This document shows positions 38,045 through 50,174 of a DNA stretch of 64,000 nt, one piece after another. The position numbers were made by a program, and so were the translations under genes. Origin of the DNA: Macrostomum lignano (lineage: Eukaryota); contig NIVC01002897.1 of assembly GCA_002269645.1 (NCBI GenBank), forward strand, positions 67,273-131,272, given 5' to 3'. The notes beneath the pieces were generated by a model. That model searched no databases, was not told where the DNA came from, and saw only the letters and a program-made list of their open reading frames with translations. How positions within the stretch are numbered: position 1 is the stretch's first letter; the number at the start of each line of letters is the position of its first letter.

Positions 38045-38800
38045 ACTTTATTGTCTATAGCCGAGTGCAGTTCTGTGGCGTCAGTGGCTTTGATTGGCTT
38101 TATTGTCTATGGCCGAGTGCAGTTCTGTGGCGTCAGTGGTTTGATTGGCTTTATTGTCTATGGCCGAGTGCAGTTCTGTGGCGTCAGTGGTTTGATTGGC
38201 TTTATTGTCTATGGCCGAGTGCAGTTCTGTGGCGTCAGTGGTTTGATTGGCTTTATTGTCTATGGCCGAGTGCAGTTCTGTGGCAGTGGCTTTGATTGGC
38301 TTTATTGTCTATGGCCGAGTGCAGTTCTGAGCGTCAGTGGCTTTTATTGGCTTTATTGTCTATGGCCGAGTGCAGTTCTGTGGCAGTGTGGCTTTGATTG
38401 GCTTTATTGTCTATGGCCGAGTGCAGTTCTGTGGCAGTGTGGCTTTGATTGGCTCTATTGTCTATGGCCGAGTGCAGTTCTGTGGCAGTGTGGCTTTGAT
38501 TGGCTCTATTGTCTATGGCCGAGTGCAGTTCTGTGGCAGTGTGGCTTTGATTGGCTTTATTGTCTATGGCCGAGTGCAGTTCTGAGCGTCAGTGGTTTTT
38601 ATTGGCTTTATTGTCTATGGCCGAGTGCAGTTCTGTGGCAGTGTGGCTTTGATTGGCTTTATTGTCTATGGCCGAGTGCAGTTCTGTGGCAGTGTGGCTT
38701 TATTGTCTATGGCCGAGTGTAGTTCTGTGACGTCAGTGCATGGCCTTGATTGGCGTTATTGTCTATGGCCGAGTGTAGCTCTGGCAGTGGCTTTATTGTC
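38045..38800. repeat. About 51-mer minisatellite TTATTGTCTATGGCCGAGTGCAGTTCTGTGGCGTCAGTGGTTTGATTGGCT
   Basis: About 15 units, no unique spacers. Confidence 0.94.
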
Positions 38801-39646
38801 TTATCAAATTTATTTCATTTGCACAAAGTGAATGCGGGGGGGGGGGCAGCTGTCCCCTTGCTTATACCAGCTATGATTATACCTTAACTACAATTGGGGA
38901 GTAATCCAGGGGAGGTCAGGGGGTTAAGCTACGAGCTCGTACATGCCCTCTTAGTGAAAACAAGGGTTGTCTTTTACCAGAGCCAATTGTCCATCTTGAA
39001 AAATGAGCCTTTAATTGTTAAAAGTGTCTCAAATTTGAAGTATAGTGTAAGCTTGTAGGAGCGATCTGGTCCCACCCATGTAAGATCAGGTAACAGTACT
39101 TTGTCTGAAAGTCTTCGAAATCCCTACGATCGCGAAAGAACCGCATGCAGAAAAAGCGAACGAGTGCTCGCGCAAAAAAGACAGATATAAATTTATTTGC
39201 GTGTCAACTCGACCTTCGAATGGATTTGAATCGAACGCGGGGTCCAATCGTCACAAACCCCCATACAAGCATTGATACAGAGATGAATCCTCAAAGCGTT
39301 AATGTATCGGTTTTTCCCGGCTCTTTATTTCTTTCCTTCTTTGCACACGGTATTGCTAAGGAAATGACGAAATAAAAATCCCCTCCGACAACCCCCTAGC
39401 CCTTCCAGTGGCCGTCAAGCAGCGGACAGAGGATTAAAGATAATGCTCGTAAAGTACAACAACATGCTGAAAGACGAACCGAATGAAGCATTTTGTGCCT
39501 GGCTGCTCGCGGAAATGGGAATTTCCAAGATTTGGATGGCTTTATATATAAAGTCGTGTTATGTAACAGAACGCTCTGAACAAAATCTCGGTTTTATAAT
39601 GATCAAGCTCTCACATGACCACCTGCCGTGTTTCTCAGACAGATTA

Positions 39647-40029
39647 ATGCTGACCTGCTGAGTCACATGATGCTGATGGAGTTTGAGCAGCTGTGCTCAG
39701 TGTATCAATGCTGGCTGACCTGCTGAGTCACATGATGCTGATGGAGTTTGAGCAGCTGTGCTCAGTGTATCAATGCTGGCTGACCTGCTGAGTCACATGA
39801 TGCTGATGGAGTTTGAGCAACTGTGCTTAGTGTATCAATGCTGGCTGACCTGCTGAGTCACATGATGCTGATGGAGTTTGAGCAGCTGTGCTCAGTGTAT
39901 CAATGCTGGCTGACCTGCTGAGTCACATGATGCTGATGGAGTTTGAGCAACTGTGCTTAGTGTATCAATGCTGGCTGACCTGCTGAGTCACATGATGCTG
40001 ATGGAGTTTGAGCAGCTGTGCTCAGTGTA
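39647..40029. repeat. 65-mer tandem repeat, about 6 copies
   Basis: AGTCAC at 39661 and 39726 gives period 65. Confidence 0.94.
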
Positions 40030-40526
40030 CAAACCCAATACATGGAAATAAGCAAGACACAGCAAAGAACTGATCGTGAAAGAATACTGTTTAAAGTGAA
40101 CTTTAATCGCTACATTTCAAGCATATTGGCAAGGCAAATTATACAAAACATGATTCATACATAATGCTGCATTTGATACAACAAACAAAATTAACAATCA
40201 ATAACATGTTTACACAAGCGAGCAATTGTATAGACAGAAAAGCAACATACAGATAACTCAGATTCAAACGGGAATCGAACCCCTAGCTAACTAAATCCAA
40301 ATAAAAAATCGACTCAAAATTTTTTATACGAAATAGATGCGAGTTTTATCAGAAAAGTTTTTCCAATTTCATACTCGTAGAACAGACAGGCTAGTGCGTG
40401 GTTTTAATTAAATCCAAAGCATGCGAAATAACAGCATTTATACAAAATGGTCGAACAAAATGGTAGGATAATCAATTAGTGCTTAGACAAATAAGAGTAA
40501 GTAAATAAAGCAAGTTAAAGTCCTGC

Positions 40527-40805
40527 TCAGTTGTACTTTTGTCCGCCAACGCCAAAGTTGGGTTGCTGGCCGAATCGATTCTGTTGGAATCTTTTCTGCT
40601 GCTGACTTGAATGCGCCGGTTGTAAAAAGCCTTGCTGCTGCTGCTGCTGATGATGGTGGTGGTGGTGGTCAGGATGCTGCGCCGGAATCTGCATCCGGCC
40701 TCGCTTGGCTGCTGGCTCGCCCGACATCATCGAGGAAGACTGCTGCTGGGAGGAGATCTGCGACATTCCACTGCTGCCTGCCTGCCCTGCCTGCAGGTGC
40801 TGCTG
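40527..40805 (-). CDS. CDK8: CDK8, last exon (Q/H-rich tail)
   Basis: Phase-0 CAG acceptor(s) at about 40806; EPAAKRGRM and poly-Q/H resemble CDK8 C-termini; TGA at 40527. The exact acceptor is ambiguous (CAGCAGCAG). Confidence 0.7.
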   Translation of the reverse strand, partial: QQHLQAGQAGSSGMSQISSQQQSSSMMSGEPAAKRGRMQIPAQHPDHHHHHHQQQQQQGFLQPAHSSQQQKRFQQNRFGQQPNFGVGGQKYN

Positions 40806-40823
40806 CTGCGGGTTCAGGGTGGG

Positions 40824-41698
40824 GATCCTTCAGTGCCTGCTGCCATTGCCCTCAGATCCTTCAGTGCCTGCTGCCATCGCCCTCAGATCCTTCAGTGCCT
40901 GCTGCCATCGCCCTCAGATCCTTCAGTGCCTGCTGCCATTGCCCTCAGATCCTTCAGTGCCTGCTGCCATTGCCCTCAGATCCTTCAGTGCCTGCTGCCA
41001 TTGCCCTCAGATCCTTCAGTGCCTGCTGCCATTGCCCTCAGATCCTTCAGTGCCTGCTGCCATTGCCCTCAGATCCTTCAGTGCCTGCTGCCACTCCCCT
41101 CAGATCCTTCAGTGCCTGCTGCCATTGCCCTCAGATCCTTCAGTGCCTGCTGCCATTGCCCTCAGATCCTTCAGTGCCTGCTGCCCCTCCCCTCAGATCC
41201 TTCAGTGCCTGCTGCCCCTCCCCTCAGATCCTTCAGTGCCTGCTGCCCCCCCCCTCAGATCCTTCAGTGCCTGCTGCCATTGCCCTCAGATCCTTCAGTG
41301 CCTGCTGCCATTGCCCTCAGATCCTTCAGTGCCTGCTGCCACTCCCCTCAGATCCTTCAGTGCCTGCTGCCATTGCCCTCAGATCCTTCAGTGCCTGCTG
41401 CCCCTCCCCTCAGATCCTTCAGTGCCTGCTGCCTCTCCCCTCAGATCCTTCAGTGCCTGCTGCCCCTCCCCTCAGATCCTTCAGTGCCTGCTGCCCCTCC
41501 CCTCAGATCCTTCAGTGCCTGCTGCCTCTCCCCTCAGATCCTTCAGTGCCTGCTGCCCCTCCCCTCAGATCCTTCAGTGCCTGCTGCCCCTCCCCTCAGA
41601 TCCTTCAGTGCCTGCTGCCTCTCCCCTCAGATCCTTCAGTGCCTGCTGCCCCTCCCCTCAGATCCTTCAGTGCCTGCTGCCCCTCCCCTCAGATCCTC
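40824..41698. repeat. 31-mer array CAGATCCTTCAGTGCCTGCTGCCATTGCCCT in CDK8 intron 3
   Basis: About 28 units; explains the three overlapping 470-520 aa pseudo-ORFs. Confidence 0.96.
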
Positions 41699-41744
41699 CA
41701 GTTTCTGTTGCAACTCTCCTTCCTGGCATCCCCACAAAACACGA

Positions 41745-42008
41745 GACGCAACCAAGACAGCAATTCCCCAGCAACCAAGAAAGCAATTCCCCAGCAACCA
41801 AGACAACAATTCCCCAGCAACCAAGACAGCAATTCCCCACCAACCAAAACAGCAATTCCCCAGCAACCAAGACAGCAATTCCCCAGCAACCAAAACAGCA
41901 ATTCCCCAGCAACCAAAACAGCAATTCCCCAGCAACCAAGACAGCAATTCCCCAGCAACCAAAACAGCAATTCCCCAGCAACCAAAACAGCAATTCCCCA
42001 GCAACCAA
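41745..42008. repeat. 23-mer array CCCCAGCAACCAAGACAGCAATT in CDK8 intron 3
   Basis: About 11 units read directly. Confidence 0.94.
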
Positions 42009-42009
42009 C

Positions 42010-42289
42010 CCTCTGGAGCAGTTTCTCCTTGTCGTCCGCATCGTCATCGCTGATGAACTCGCGCTTGCTGTAGGGAATTTCCATGCCCTCGAAGACGTCA
42101 TGAGACGGTTTCGGATCTTCGAGAAAGTACCGATCTTCCATAGCGTCCTTGGCGGTGATCCGTTTCAACGGGTCCATTGTGAGCAGCTTGCTGAGCAGTT
42201 TAAACTCCACGGCATTGGAGGTGATGCCGTATTTTCGTTCCATGAAAGCTTCTAGGCTGCACTTGGCATAGTTGCCGCCTTTGAAGTTT
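42010..42289 (-). CDS. CDK8: CDK8, exon 3
   Basis: AAACAG acceptor in matching phase; NFKGGNYAKCSL..LLSKLLTMDPLKRITAKDAMEDRYFLEDP..DVF...IPYSKREF. The donor at 42009 (GTTGGT) is weak. Confidence 0.9.
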
Positions 42290-42439
42290 CTGTTTGAAGA
42301 TAATGCAATGTTTTTTTAATTAGTTTGCCACCCAAAGTATAAAGTCGAAAGTGCTCATAACAGTGCTCATTATTGAGTACGAATGTTTTCTTAAATTGCT
42401 TCTTTGTTGAATTGTAGACTATTAGAAGGGAATTTAGAA

Positions 42440-42955
42440 ACTGTAGACGGGAATTATGAATTAATTGAAGGCTAATTACGAATAAATGGAGAGGAATCGA
42501 TCGAGGGGAATTACGAATCATTTGAAGAGAATAATGAATCAATTGAGGGAATCCCGAACGAATTGAAGCGAATTACGAATCGATTGAAAGGAATTATGAA
42601 TCAATTAGGGGGATTATGAATGAATTGAGCGGAATTACGAATCGATTGGAGGGAATTACGAATCAATTAGAGGGGAATTACGAATCAACTGAGGGGAATT
42701 AAGAATGAATTGAGCGGAATTACGAATCGATTGGAGGGAATTACGAATCAATTAGAGGGGAATTACGAATCAATAGAGGGTAACCAGGAATGAAGGGGAA
42801 TTACGAATGAATGAAGTGGAATTACGAATGAATGAAGGGGAATTACGAATCAATTGAAGGGAATTACGAATGAATTGAAGGGAATTACGAATGAATTGCG
42901 GGGAATTACGAATTAATTGAAGGGAATAACGAATGAAGTGAGGCGAATTACGAAT
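42440..42955. repeat. Degenerate about 21-mer array GAATTACGAATCAATTGAGGG in CDK8 intron 2
   Basis: Read directly. Confidence 0.9.
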
Positions 42956-43002
42956 ATTTATAGAAGAATTTTGAATTTGTTAAGACTAGCAGTGCTGCTC
43001 AC

Positions 43003-43385
43003 CGAGTCATCCGAGAGTACTCCGGCATGTGAACAATATCACGCCAGTCCTGCTCCTTGGGATAGCCCATGACGCTGAATATCCTATCCAACTGATCGTG
43101 ATGATACGGCTGACTAGTCTTAATATCCTCCTGTCGGCAATGGAAGATCGGCTCATAGGTGAGCAGCTCCGCCATGATGCAGCCGATGGCCCACAGGTCG
43201 ATAGCTTTGGTGTAGTGCCTGGCCCCTAGCAACAGCTCCGGGGCTCGGTACCAGAATGTCACCACCACTGGATCCAGTTCGGCTAGAGGTTTCAGAGGCT
43301 GGTTAAATAGGCGGGCAAAGCCCATGTCGGCGATTTTCACCCGGCCTCGCTCGGGCCCGTTGCCCATCACCAGAATGTTGGCCGG
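43003..43385 (-). CDS. CDK8: CDK8, exon 2
   Basis: [70 protein letters not shown] is diagnostic of CDK8/19 (DMG motif). CAG acceptor, GTGAGC donor. Confidence 0.97.
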
Positions 43386-43494
43386 CTGTGGGAGCGGCAA
43401 TGCGATGCAGCTGTTACTGGCTTGTGCTTGGGGCTTTCTGCTGTATATAATGGGGTCACGGGGTCCAAGGGGGTCAGAGCGGGGCTAAAAAGTG

Positions 43495-44480
43495 GAAGGG
43501 TCAGATGACACTGAAAGGGGACAGAGGGGGTCAGAGTGACACTAGAAGGGGACAGAGGGGGTCAGAGTGACACTAGAAGGGGACAGGGGGTCAGAGTGAC
43601 ACTAGAAGGGGACAGGGGTCGGAGTGACACTAAGAAAGTGGAAGGGTCAGAGTGACACTAAGAAAGTGGAAGGGTCAGAGTGACTCTAAAAAGGGGACAG
43701 GGGGTCAGAGCAATTCTAAAAAGGGGACAGGGGGTCAGAGCGATTCTAAAAAGGGGACAGGGGTCAGAGTGACACTAAAAAGGGGACAGGGGGTCAGAGT
43801 GACACTAAAAAGGGGACAGAGGGGGTCAGAGTGACACTAGAAGGGGACAGGGGGTCAGAGTGACACTAAAAGGGGACAGAGGGGGTCAGAGTGACACTAG
43901 AAGGGGACAGGGGGTCAGAGTGACACTAAAAGGGGACAGAGGGGGTCAGAGTGACACTAGAAGGGGACAGGGGTCAGAGTGACACTAAGAAAGTGGAAGG
44001 GTCAGAGTGACACTAAGAAAGTGGAAGGGTCAGAGTGACACTAAGAAAGGGGACAGGGGGTCAGAGTGACACTTGAAGGGGACAGGGGGTCAGAGTGACA
44101 CTAAGAAAGGGGACAGGGGGTCAGAGTGACACTAAAAAGAGGACAAGGGGTCAGAGTGACACTAAAAAGAGGACAAGGGGTCAGAGTGACACTAAAAAGA
44201 GGAGGACAAGGGGTCAGAGTGACACTAGAAGGGGACAGGGGGTCAGAGTGACACTAGAAGGGGACAGGGGGGTCAGAGTGACACTTGAAGGGGACAGGGG
44301 GTCAGAGTGACACTAAAAAGAGGACAAGGGGTCAGAGTGACACTAAAAAGAGGACAAGGGGTCAGAGTGACACTAAAAAGAGGAGGACAAGGGGTCAGAG
44401 TGACACTAAAAAGAGGAGGACAAGGGGTCAGAGTGACACTAAAAAGAGGACAAGGGGTCAAGAGTGACACCAAAAAAGGA
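43495..44480. repeat. About 29-31-mer array GGGTCAGAGTGACACTAGAAGGGGACAGG in CDK8 intron 1
   Basis: Read directly. Confidence 0.94.
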
Positions 44481-44899
44481 TAGGATGTCAGAGTAGGATG
44501 GCCTAAAAATGCAAACAATGCTCAGTCAGTAATAAAATCTTTTTTTATACATTTCTATCACAGTCTTAAAAGCATTGTCAGTCTGTTCAAGTAACTATAT
44601 AGTAGAAGTTTCGTCTTAATTTTATATCAATAAAAACTGGCAAAGAGGCGCAAGAGCTTCCTGAAAGCAGTGCAGCCATTTAACAAGCCTGCAAAGGATT
44701 AGATTAAAATCCTATTCCACTTCTACTTTGTAGGCTGCAAGAGCTGTTCGGGGTGATTGAAAACCAACGAAAGGATTAGATTATAATCCAGATAAAGACT
44801 CGATTGTCGATTAGAAAATCGAAAAGCTCTGATTCAAAGGGCTGGCTGAAACACAGAGCTGCTGGATTATTGGATTCTGCACAAATTCGAGCATAGCAC

Positions 44900-45440
44900 A
44901 GGGCTGCTGTACACACCTGTAGGGCTGCTGTACACCCTGTAGGGCTGTTGTACACCCTGTAGGGCTGCTGTACACCCTGTAGGGCTGCTGTACACTCTGT
45001 AGGGCTGCTGTACACCCTGTCAGGCTGCTGTACACCCTGTCAGGCTGCTGTACACCCTGTCAGGCTGCTGTACACTCTATCAGGCTGCTGTACACTCTGT
45101 CAGGCTGCTGTACACCCTGTAGGGCTGCTGTACACCATGTACGGCTACTGCACACTCTGTAGGGCTGCTGTACACCCCGTAGGGCTGCTGTACATACCTG
45201 TAGGGCTGCTGTACACCCTGTAGGGCTGCTGTACACACCTGTAGGGCTGCTGTACACCCTGTAGGGCTGTTGTACACACCTGTAGGGCTGCTGTACACCC
45301 CGTAGGGCTGCTGTACACCCTGTCAGGCTGCTATACACCCTGTAGGGCTGCTGTACACCCTGTAGGGCTGCTGTACACCCTGTAGGCTGCTGTACACCCT
45401 GTAGGGCTACTGTACACACCTGTAGGGCTGTACACCCCTG
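44900..45440. repeat. 20-mer array AGGGCTGCTGTACACCCTGT in CDK8 intron 1
   Basis: Read directly. Confidence 0.94.
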
Positions 45441-45490
45441 TAGACAACCCTTCAAAGCTACGGACAAATAAACAAATAGAGCAAGCTCAC

Positions 45491-46071
45491 CTTAAGATCC
45501 CGATGCAGCACCCAGTTGGAGTGCAAATAGTGAATACCGTTGAGTATCTGATGCATCAAACTCTTAACCATATTTCGCGGCACAAACACCTTTGTTTTGC
45601 TAGCCTTAGCGGATCGGTGATGCTTGATGATGTGCCAGAGGTCGTGCTCGGCGTAGTCGAACAGCAGCCACACCTTGCGAGTGTCGTGCGACAGAAACAC
45701 ACGCTGCAAAGCGATCACATTAGGGTGGCAGAGTTCGCGCAGCAGGGCAATTTCTCTGCAAGCTGACATGGACAGGCCGGAGCCTTCAATCTGCTTCAAC
45801 GCGTACTCTTTCTGATCGTTTCCCGACTTCTTCTTGGACTTGAACACGTGACCGTAGGTGCCCCGGCCAACTTTGCAGCCTTCAAATTCGAATACGTCTT
45901 CAACTTTTTCGCGTTGTCGGCCAATTTCGCGACAGAAGTCGGCGTCAATCCAGGTGCGACCGCGGCTGGAGCTGGACACGCCAGACGGACCCGCTACTGA
46001 GGCGGCCGCGGCGGCGGCTGCTGCTGCGGCCTGAGCAGCTCGCGGAGACGGGCGGATGCCGGGGAGTGCAT
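45491..46071 (-). CDS. CDK8: CDK8, exon 1 (kinase frame from about 46060; best ATG at 46071 is one base out of frame)
   Basis: [53 protein letters not shown]...[14 protein letters not shown]; donor GTGAGC at 45490. The 5' boundary is uncertain. Confidence 0.88.
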
Positions 46072-46197
46072 GGCGCCTGCGATTCGAGAGGGGGTGGGCG
46101 GTGTGAGGGGCGAGTGCAGCTGAGATAGTCCTGCTTGTAGCTGAGCTGACGTACTGTTAGGCACAGGGCTGAGAGGGGGGGGCAGGAAGGAGAGGGA

Positions 46198-46885
46198 GTC
46201 AGGGGTGAGAGGGAGACAGGGGTGAGAGGGAGACAGGGGTGAGAGGGAGACAGGGGTAAGAGGGAGACAGGGGTGAGAGGGAGACAGGGGTGAGAGGGAG
46301 ACAGGGGTGAGAGGGAGACAGGGGTGAGAGGGAGACAGGGGTGAGAGGGAGACAGGGGTGAGAGGGAGACAGGGGTGAGAGGGACACAGGGGTGAGAGGG
46401 AGACAGGGGTGAGAGGGAGACAGGGGTGAGAGGGAGACAGGGGTGAGAGGGAGACAGGGGTGAGAGGGAGACAGGGGTGAGAGGGAGACAGGGGTGAGAG
46501 GGAGACAGGGGTGAGAGGAAGACAGGGGTGAGAGGGAGACAGGGGTGAGAGGGAGACAGGGGTTAGAGGGAGACAGGGGTGAGAGGGACACAGGGGTAAG
46601 AGGAAGACAGGGGTGAGAGGGAGACAGGGGTGAGAGGGAGACAGGGGTGAGAGGGAGACAGGGGTGAGAGGGAGACAGGGGTAAGAGGAAGACAGGGGTG
46701 AGAGGGAGACAGGGGTGAGAGGGAGACAGGGGTTAGAGGGAGACAGGGGTGAGAGGGACACAGGGGTAAGAGGAAGACAGGGGTTAGAGGGAGACAGGGG
46801 TGAGAGGGAGACAGGGGTGAGAGGGAGACAGGGGTGAGAAGGAGACAGAGGTTAGAGGAAGACAGGGGTGTGAGGGACACAGGGT
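46198..46885. repeat. 17-mer array GGGGTGAGAGGGAGACA upstream of CDK8
   Basis: About 40 units read directly. Confidence 0.96.
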
Positions 46886-47779
46886 GATGATAAGCATTCT
46901 CAAACTACTCTCAAACGAAGAAGCATACGCAAACAAAGGTGAAATAAATAAATTCTGACAGATATAACAGTTTTATTATAATCAAGTTTAGAATTAAAAC
47001 AGAGCAATAGAAGAAAGTGCATGGATTTATGTATCAATTCACACAAAAATTATAATAGAATTTTACTAATCATAGTCGCAATGCTACTTGTAAGTTAATA
47101 GGCATAAACAGGGTACACAGCCCCCCCCCCCAACCCTAGAGACCAACTGAGCTAATAATGTAATATAAAGTACAGCGTAGTCTATTATACAAAACAAGGT
47201 ACTAAAGATAATTACAGGATGAAGAACAGCTACTGATGACACGCACAGTAGATATCGACATATTAAATAATTGTGAGCAATCTATTTAATTATATAAACA
47301 ATTGCGAAAAAAGATGACCTGGAGCCAAATCAAACAACAATAAAAGTTTATCCACACAAAGCAGGCTACTGGCCAACAAAAAGCAGTAAGCTACTCAGTT
47401 TGCCCATTGATAGTAGCATGATAAGCGTGTGACACAAATTCAGAAGGAAAGACTTATTAAAAATGTATAAAAATTAAAATTTGAAGCTAAAATAAACTGT
47501 ACATTACTTAACCCACCGTAATACTGTATTAATATATTGTTATATAGCCTTTTCTTATGCTGCTATGCCAGCAATTTATTAATATACTGTATATTTACAA
47601 AATTGACGTTTAAGTAGAAACATTTTCGAGTACAGAAGCGTAGAAGCAATCGATAAACAGATCCCACACCAAAGAGAGGCATAGAGTGAAAGAACGAACA
47701 GTAATCATAAAAATGGTGCGAGAAATACATGCGAATTTTATTGCAGTATGTTATCACACATCACGGAAGTCGGAAGTCG

Positions 47780-48330
47780 AATTTCAGAGGGGAGAGGGCG
47801 ACTCTCATGGGGTGGATTTCAGAGGGGAGAGGGCGATTCTCAACGGGCGGATTATAAAGAGGAGAGGGCGACTCTCAAGGGGCGGATTTCAAAGGGGAGA
47901 GGGCGACTCTCAAGGGGCGGATTTCAAAGGGGAGAGGGCGACTCTCAAGGGGCGGATTTCAGAGGGGAGAGGGCGACTCTCAAGGGGCGGATTTCAAAGG
48001 GGAGAGGGCGACTCTCAAGGGGCGGATTTCAAAGGGGAGAGGGCGACTCTCAAGGGGCGGATTTCAAAGGGAGAGGGCGACTCTCAAGGGGCGGATTTCA
48101 AAGGGGAGAGGGCGACTCTCAAGGGGCGGATTTCAAAGGGGAGAGGGCGACTCTCAAGGGGCGGATTTCAAAGGGGAGAGGGCGACTCTCAAGGGGCGGA
48201 TTTCAAAGGGGAGAGGGCGACTCTCAAGGGGCGGATTTCAAAGGGGAGAGGGCGACTCTCAAGGGGCGGATTTCAAAGGGGAGAGGGCGACTCTCAAGGG
48301 GCGGATTTCAAAGGGGAGAGGGCGATTCTA
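47780..48330. repeat. 35-mer array GGGGAGAGGGCGACTCTCAAGGGGCGGATTTCAAA
   Basis: About 15-16 units read directly. Confidence 0.96.
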
Positions 48331-48558
48331 AAGGGGCCTATTTTTCAAATTGTTTAAGAATCCTTGTTCAATAAAACAAATTTGAAGCTCCATACTGATT
48401 GATTGAATTACACATTCATAAAGAAATAATGAAAAGGACCTAGGAAAGCAAATCGGCATTGGGAACAGAACGAGAATAGTCTATATACTTATAGATGCAT
48501 GTAATGGACATACAAATCAATTTGAAAGTGTGCAGGGTCTAGCAGGTCCCATAGATCA

Positions 48559-50093
48559 TCAATCTTCTCCAACGTCTCCGTCTTGTTGAACAGCCGGCAC
48601 CGAGGCTTGAGAAGGAGAAGAAGCAGCAGGAGCTGGCATTTCCGAGGCGCCATTTTCGCGCCGTCGGCGCCTCAGCAGTCGGCGCCGACTGGGCAGCCAG
48701 TCGGAACCGTCGCGGGGTAGGTCTTCGCCGCTGACGACGTTCAAGTCATCAAATAGCGGTCGCCAACGAGTTGTTGTTGTTCTTGTTGTTGTTGTTGCCG
48801 ACGATACCGACTGAGATGAAGAAGACGCCGAGGCCAATGAGGCGATGCGTACCTCGCCCCGAGCTGCCGCCGCATTAGCCGTAGGAGCTGTTGGAGTCGC
48901 ATTGAGCAGGTGAGACAGCAACGGCGTAGCGGCAATCGGATCCCTAACTGGGCTTCGGCGCTTTGGCGTGTTCAAAATATTCGACCGTCTCTGCTGAGAC
49001 GATGAGGCATCGGAAGCAGAAGACGCCCCGGCAGCGGAAGTTGATAAAGGCGACGGCCTGCTATCATTGGCATCTGGCAGAGGCGGAGAAGCTGCCGACG
49101 AAGAAGACGACGAGACAGCAACTGCAGCGGCGGCAGCTGCGGCTACAACAGCTTCGAATGGCGCTAGCAGTGCCGCTCCTAAGAAATTAAAGTCGCCACT
49201 GTTATTATCAGTAGTATTGGTAGCGTTAGTTGACTGTCTACCGCTAGTCGATGTTGTAGAATAGTCAACGCCGTTCGGTGGCCAAGGACTGGACGGCCTT
49301 CGTCGATGCTGCTGCTGCTGCTGATCTCTGTTCTGCTCCCTGGCATCAAATAAGTCGTTACTGAATTGCCAACTAACCGAATGCAGCAACTGCATGTAGT
49401 TAATAACGCCACTGCTGCTACTATTACTACTACTGCCACTTCCAGTAGTATCAGTAGCATTTAAACCAGCCGAAACCTGGCGTTCGCTGGCGGCGGCTAG
49501 CCGAGTCAGAATCATCGGCCGTTGACGCGGAGTCAGCGCGGTGAAATCGCGTTCACCCGGGCTGAGCGGCGACTCGGCGTCTGTCTCCAGCGGTGTCGGG
49601 CCCGGCCGGACGTTCCTGGCCACTCGTTTGAGCTCGACGCTTAGCAAAGGATCATTATCCTCTAGTTGATTGTGCTCTTTAATATCGCCATCATCAACTC
49701 GGACGTACTTCACCGCGGCATCGTACTGAGCCAGAGTTGGCTGACAATCAACAGCGCCAGAGAAATGCGCCAAATGAACGCAGAACAGCCGGCCATGGCG
49801 GCCTAAATACGCTTTGGCTAGTCTGTGAAACACGGCCGAGTCCAGTTCGTGATAACCTACTAATCGGAGCAGATGGTGCACGATTCTCTGCATGGAGAAG
49901 GAGTCGTAGCGGGTCAGCGTGCGAAGCTCGCGAAGGAGGAACGGCACCAAGCGATGGCGTTCAGCTTCGTTGGTTTCGAAGCGAGCGGCCGTGACTTGGA
50001 CGGCTTGGGGGTCCGGCACCGGGCGGAACCCGCGCAGGTACAGCAGGTGACGGTTCGAACTGGTTAGGGGACACGGCAGCGGCTGGTCCGAGT
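48559..50093 (-). CDS. TOPORS: TOPORS-like E3 ubiquitin/SUMO ligase, exon 2
   Basis: Acceptor after a pyrimidine tract (CAG 50096-94), phase 1. LLYLRGFRP...FETNEAERHRLVPFLLRELRTL resembles TOPORS ..HRLVPWLKREL. S/A-rich tail, stop at 48559. Confidence 0.85.
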
Positions 50094-50174
50094 CTGCCGA
50101 GTTGGAAAGGGAATAGGGATTCTGCGCGTGAGAACTTCTGGCAATTTTGATTGGAGTCTGAGGATCTTAGAGGC

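Noticed and set aside
38045-40029. 51-mer and 65-mer arrays as possible CRISPR arrays (also the 63-mer at 62330-62790)
   Set aside because: The units are contiguous with no unique spacers, there are no cas genes, and the context is eukaryotic.
40607-42255. Three 470-520 aa plus-strand ORFs
   Set aside because: They are a 31-bp and a 23-bp array inside CDK8 intron 3, antisense to the real gene.
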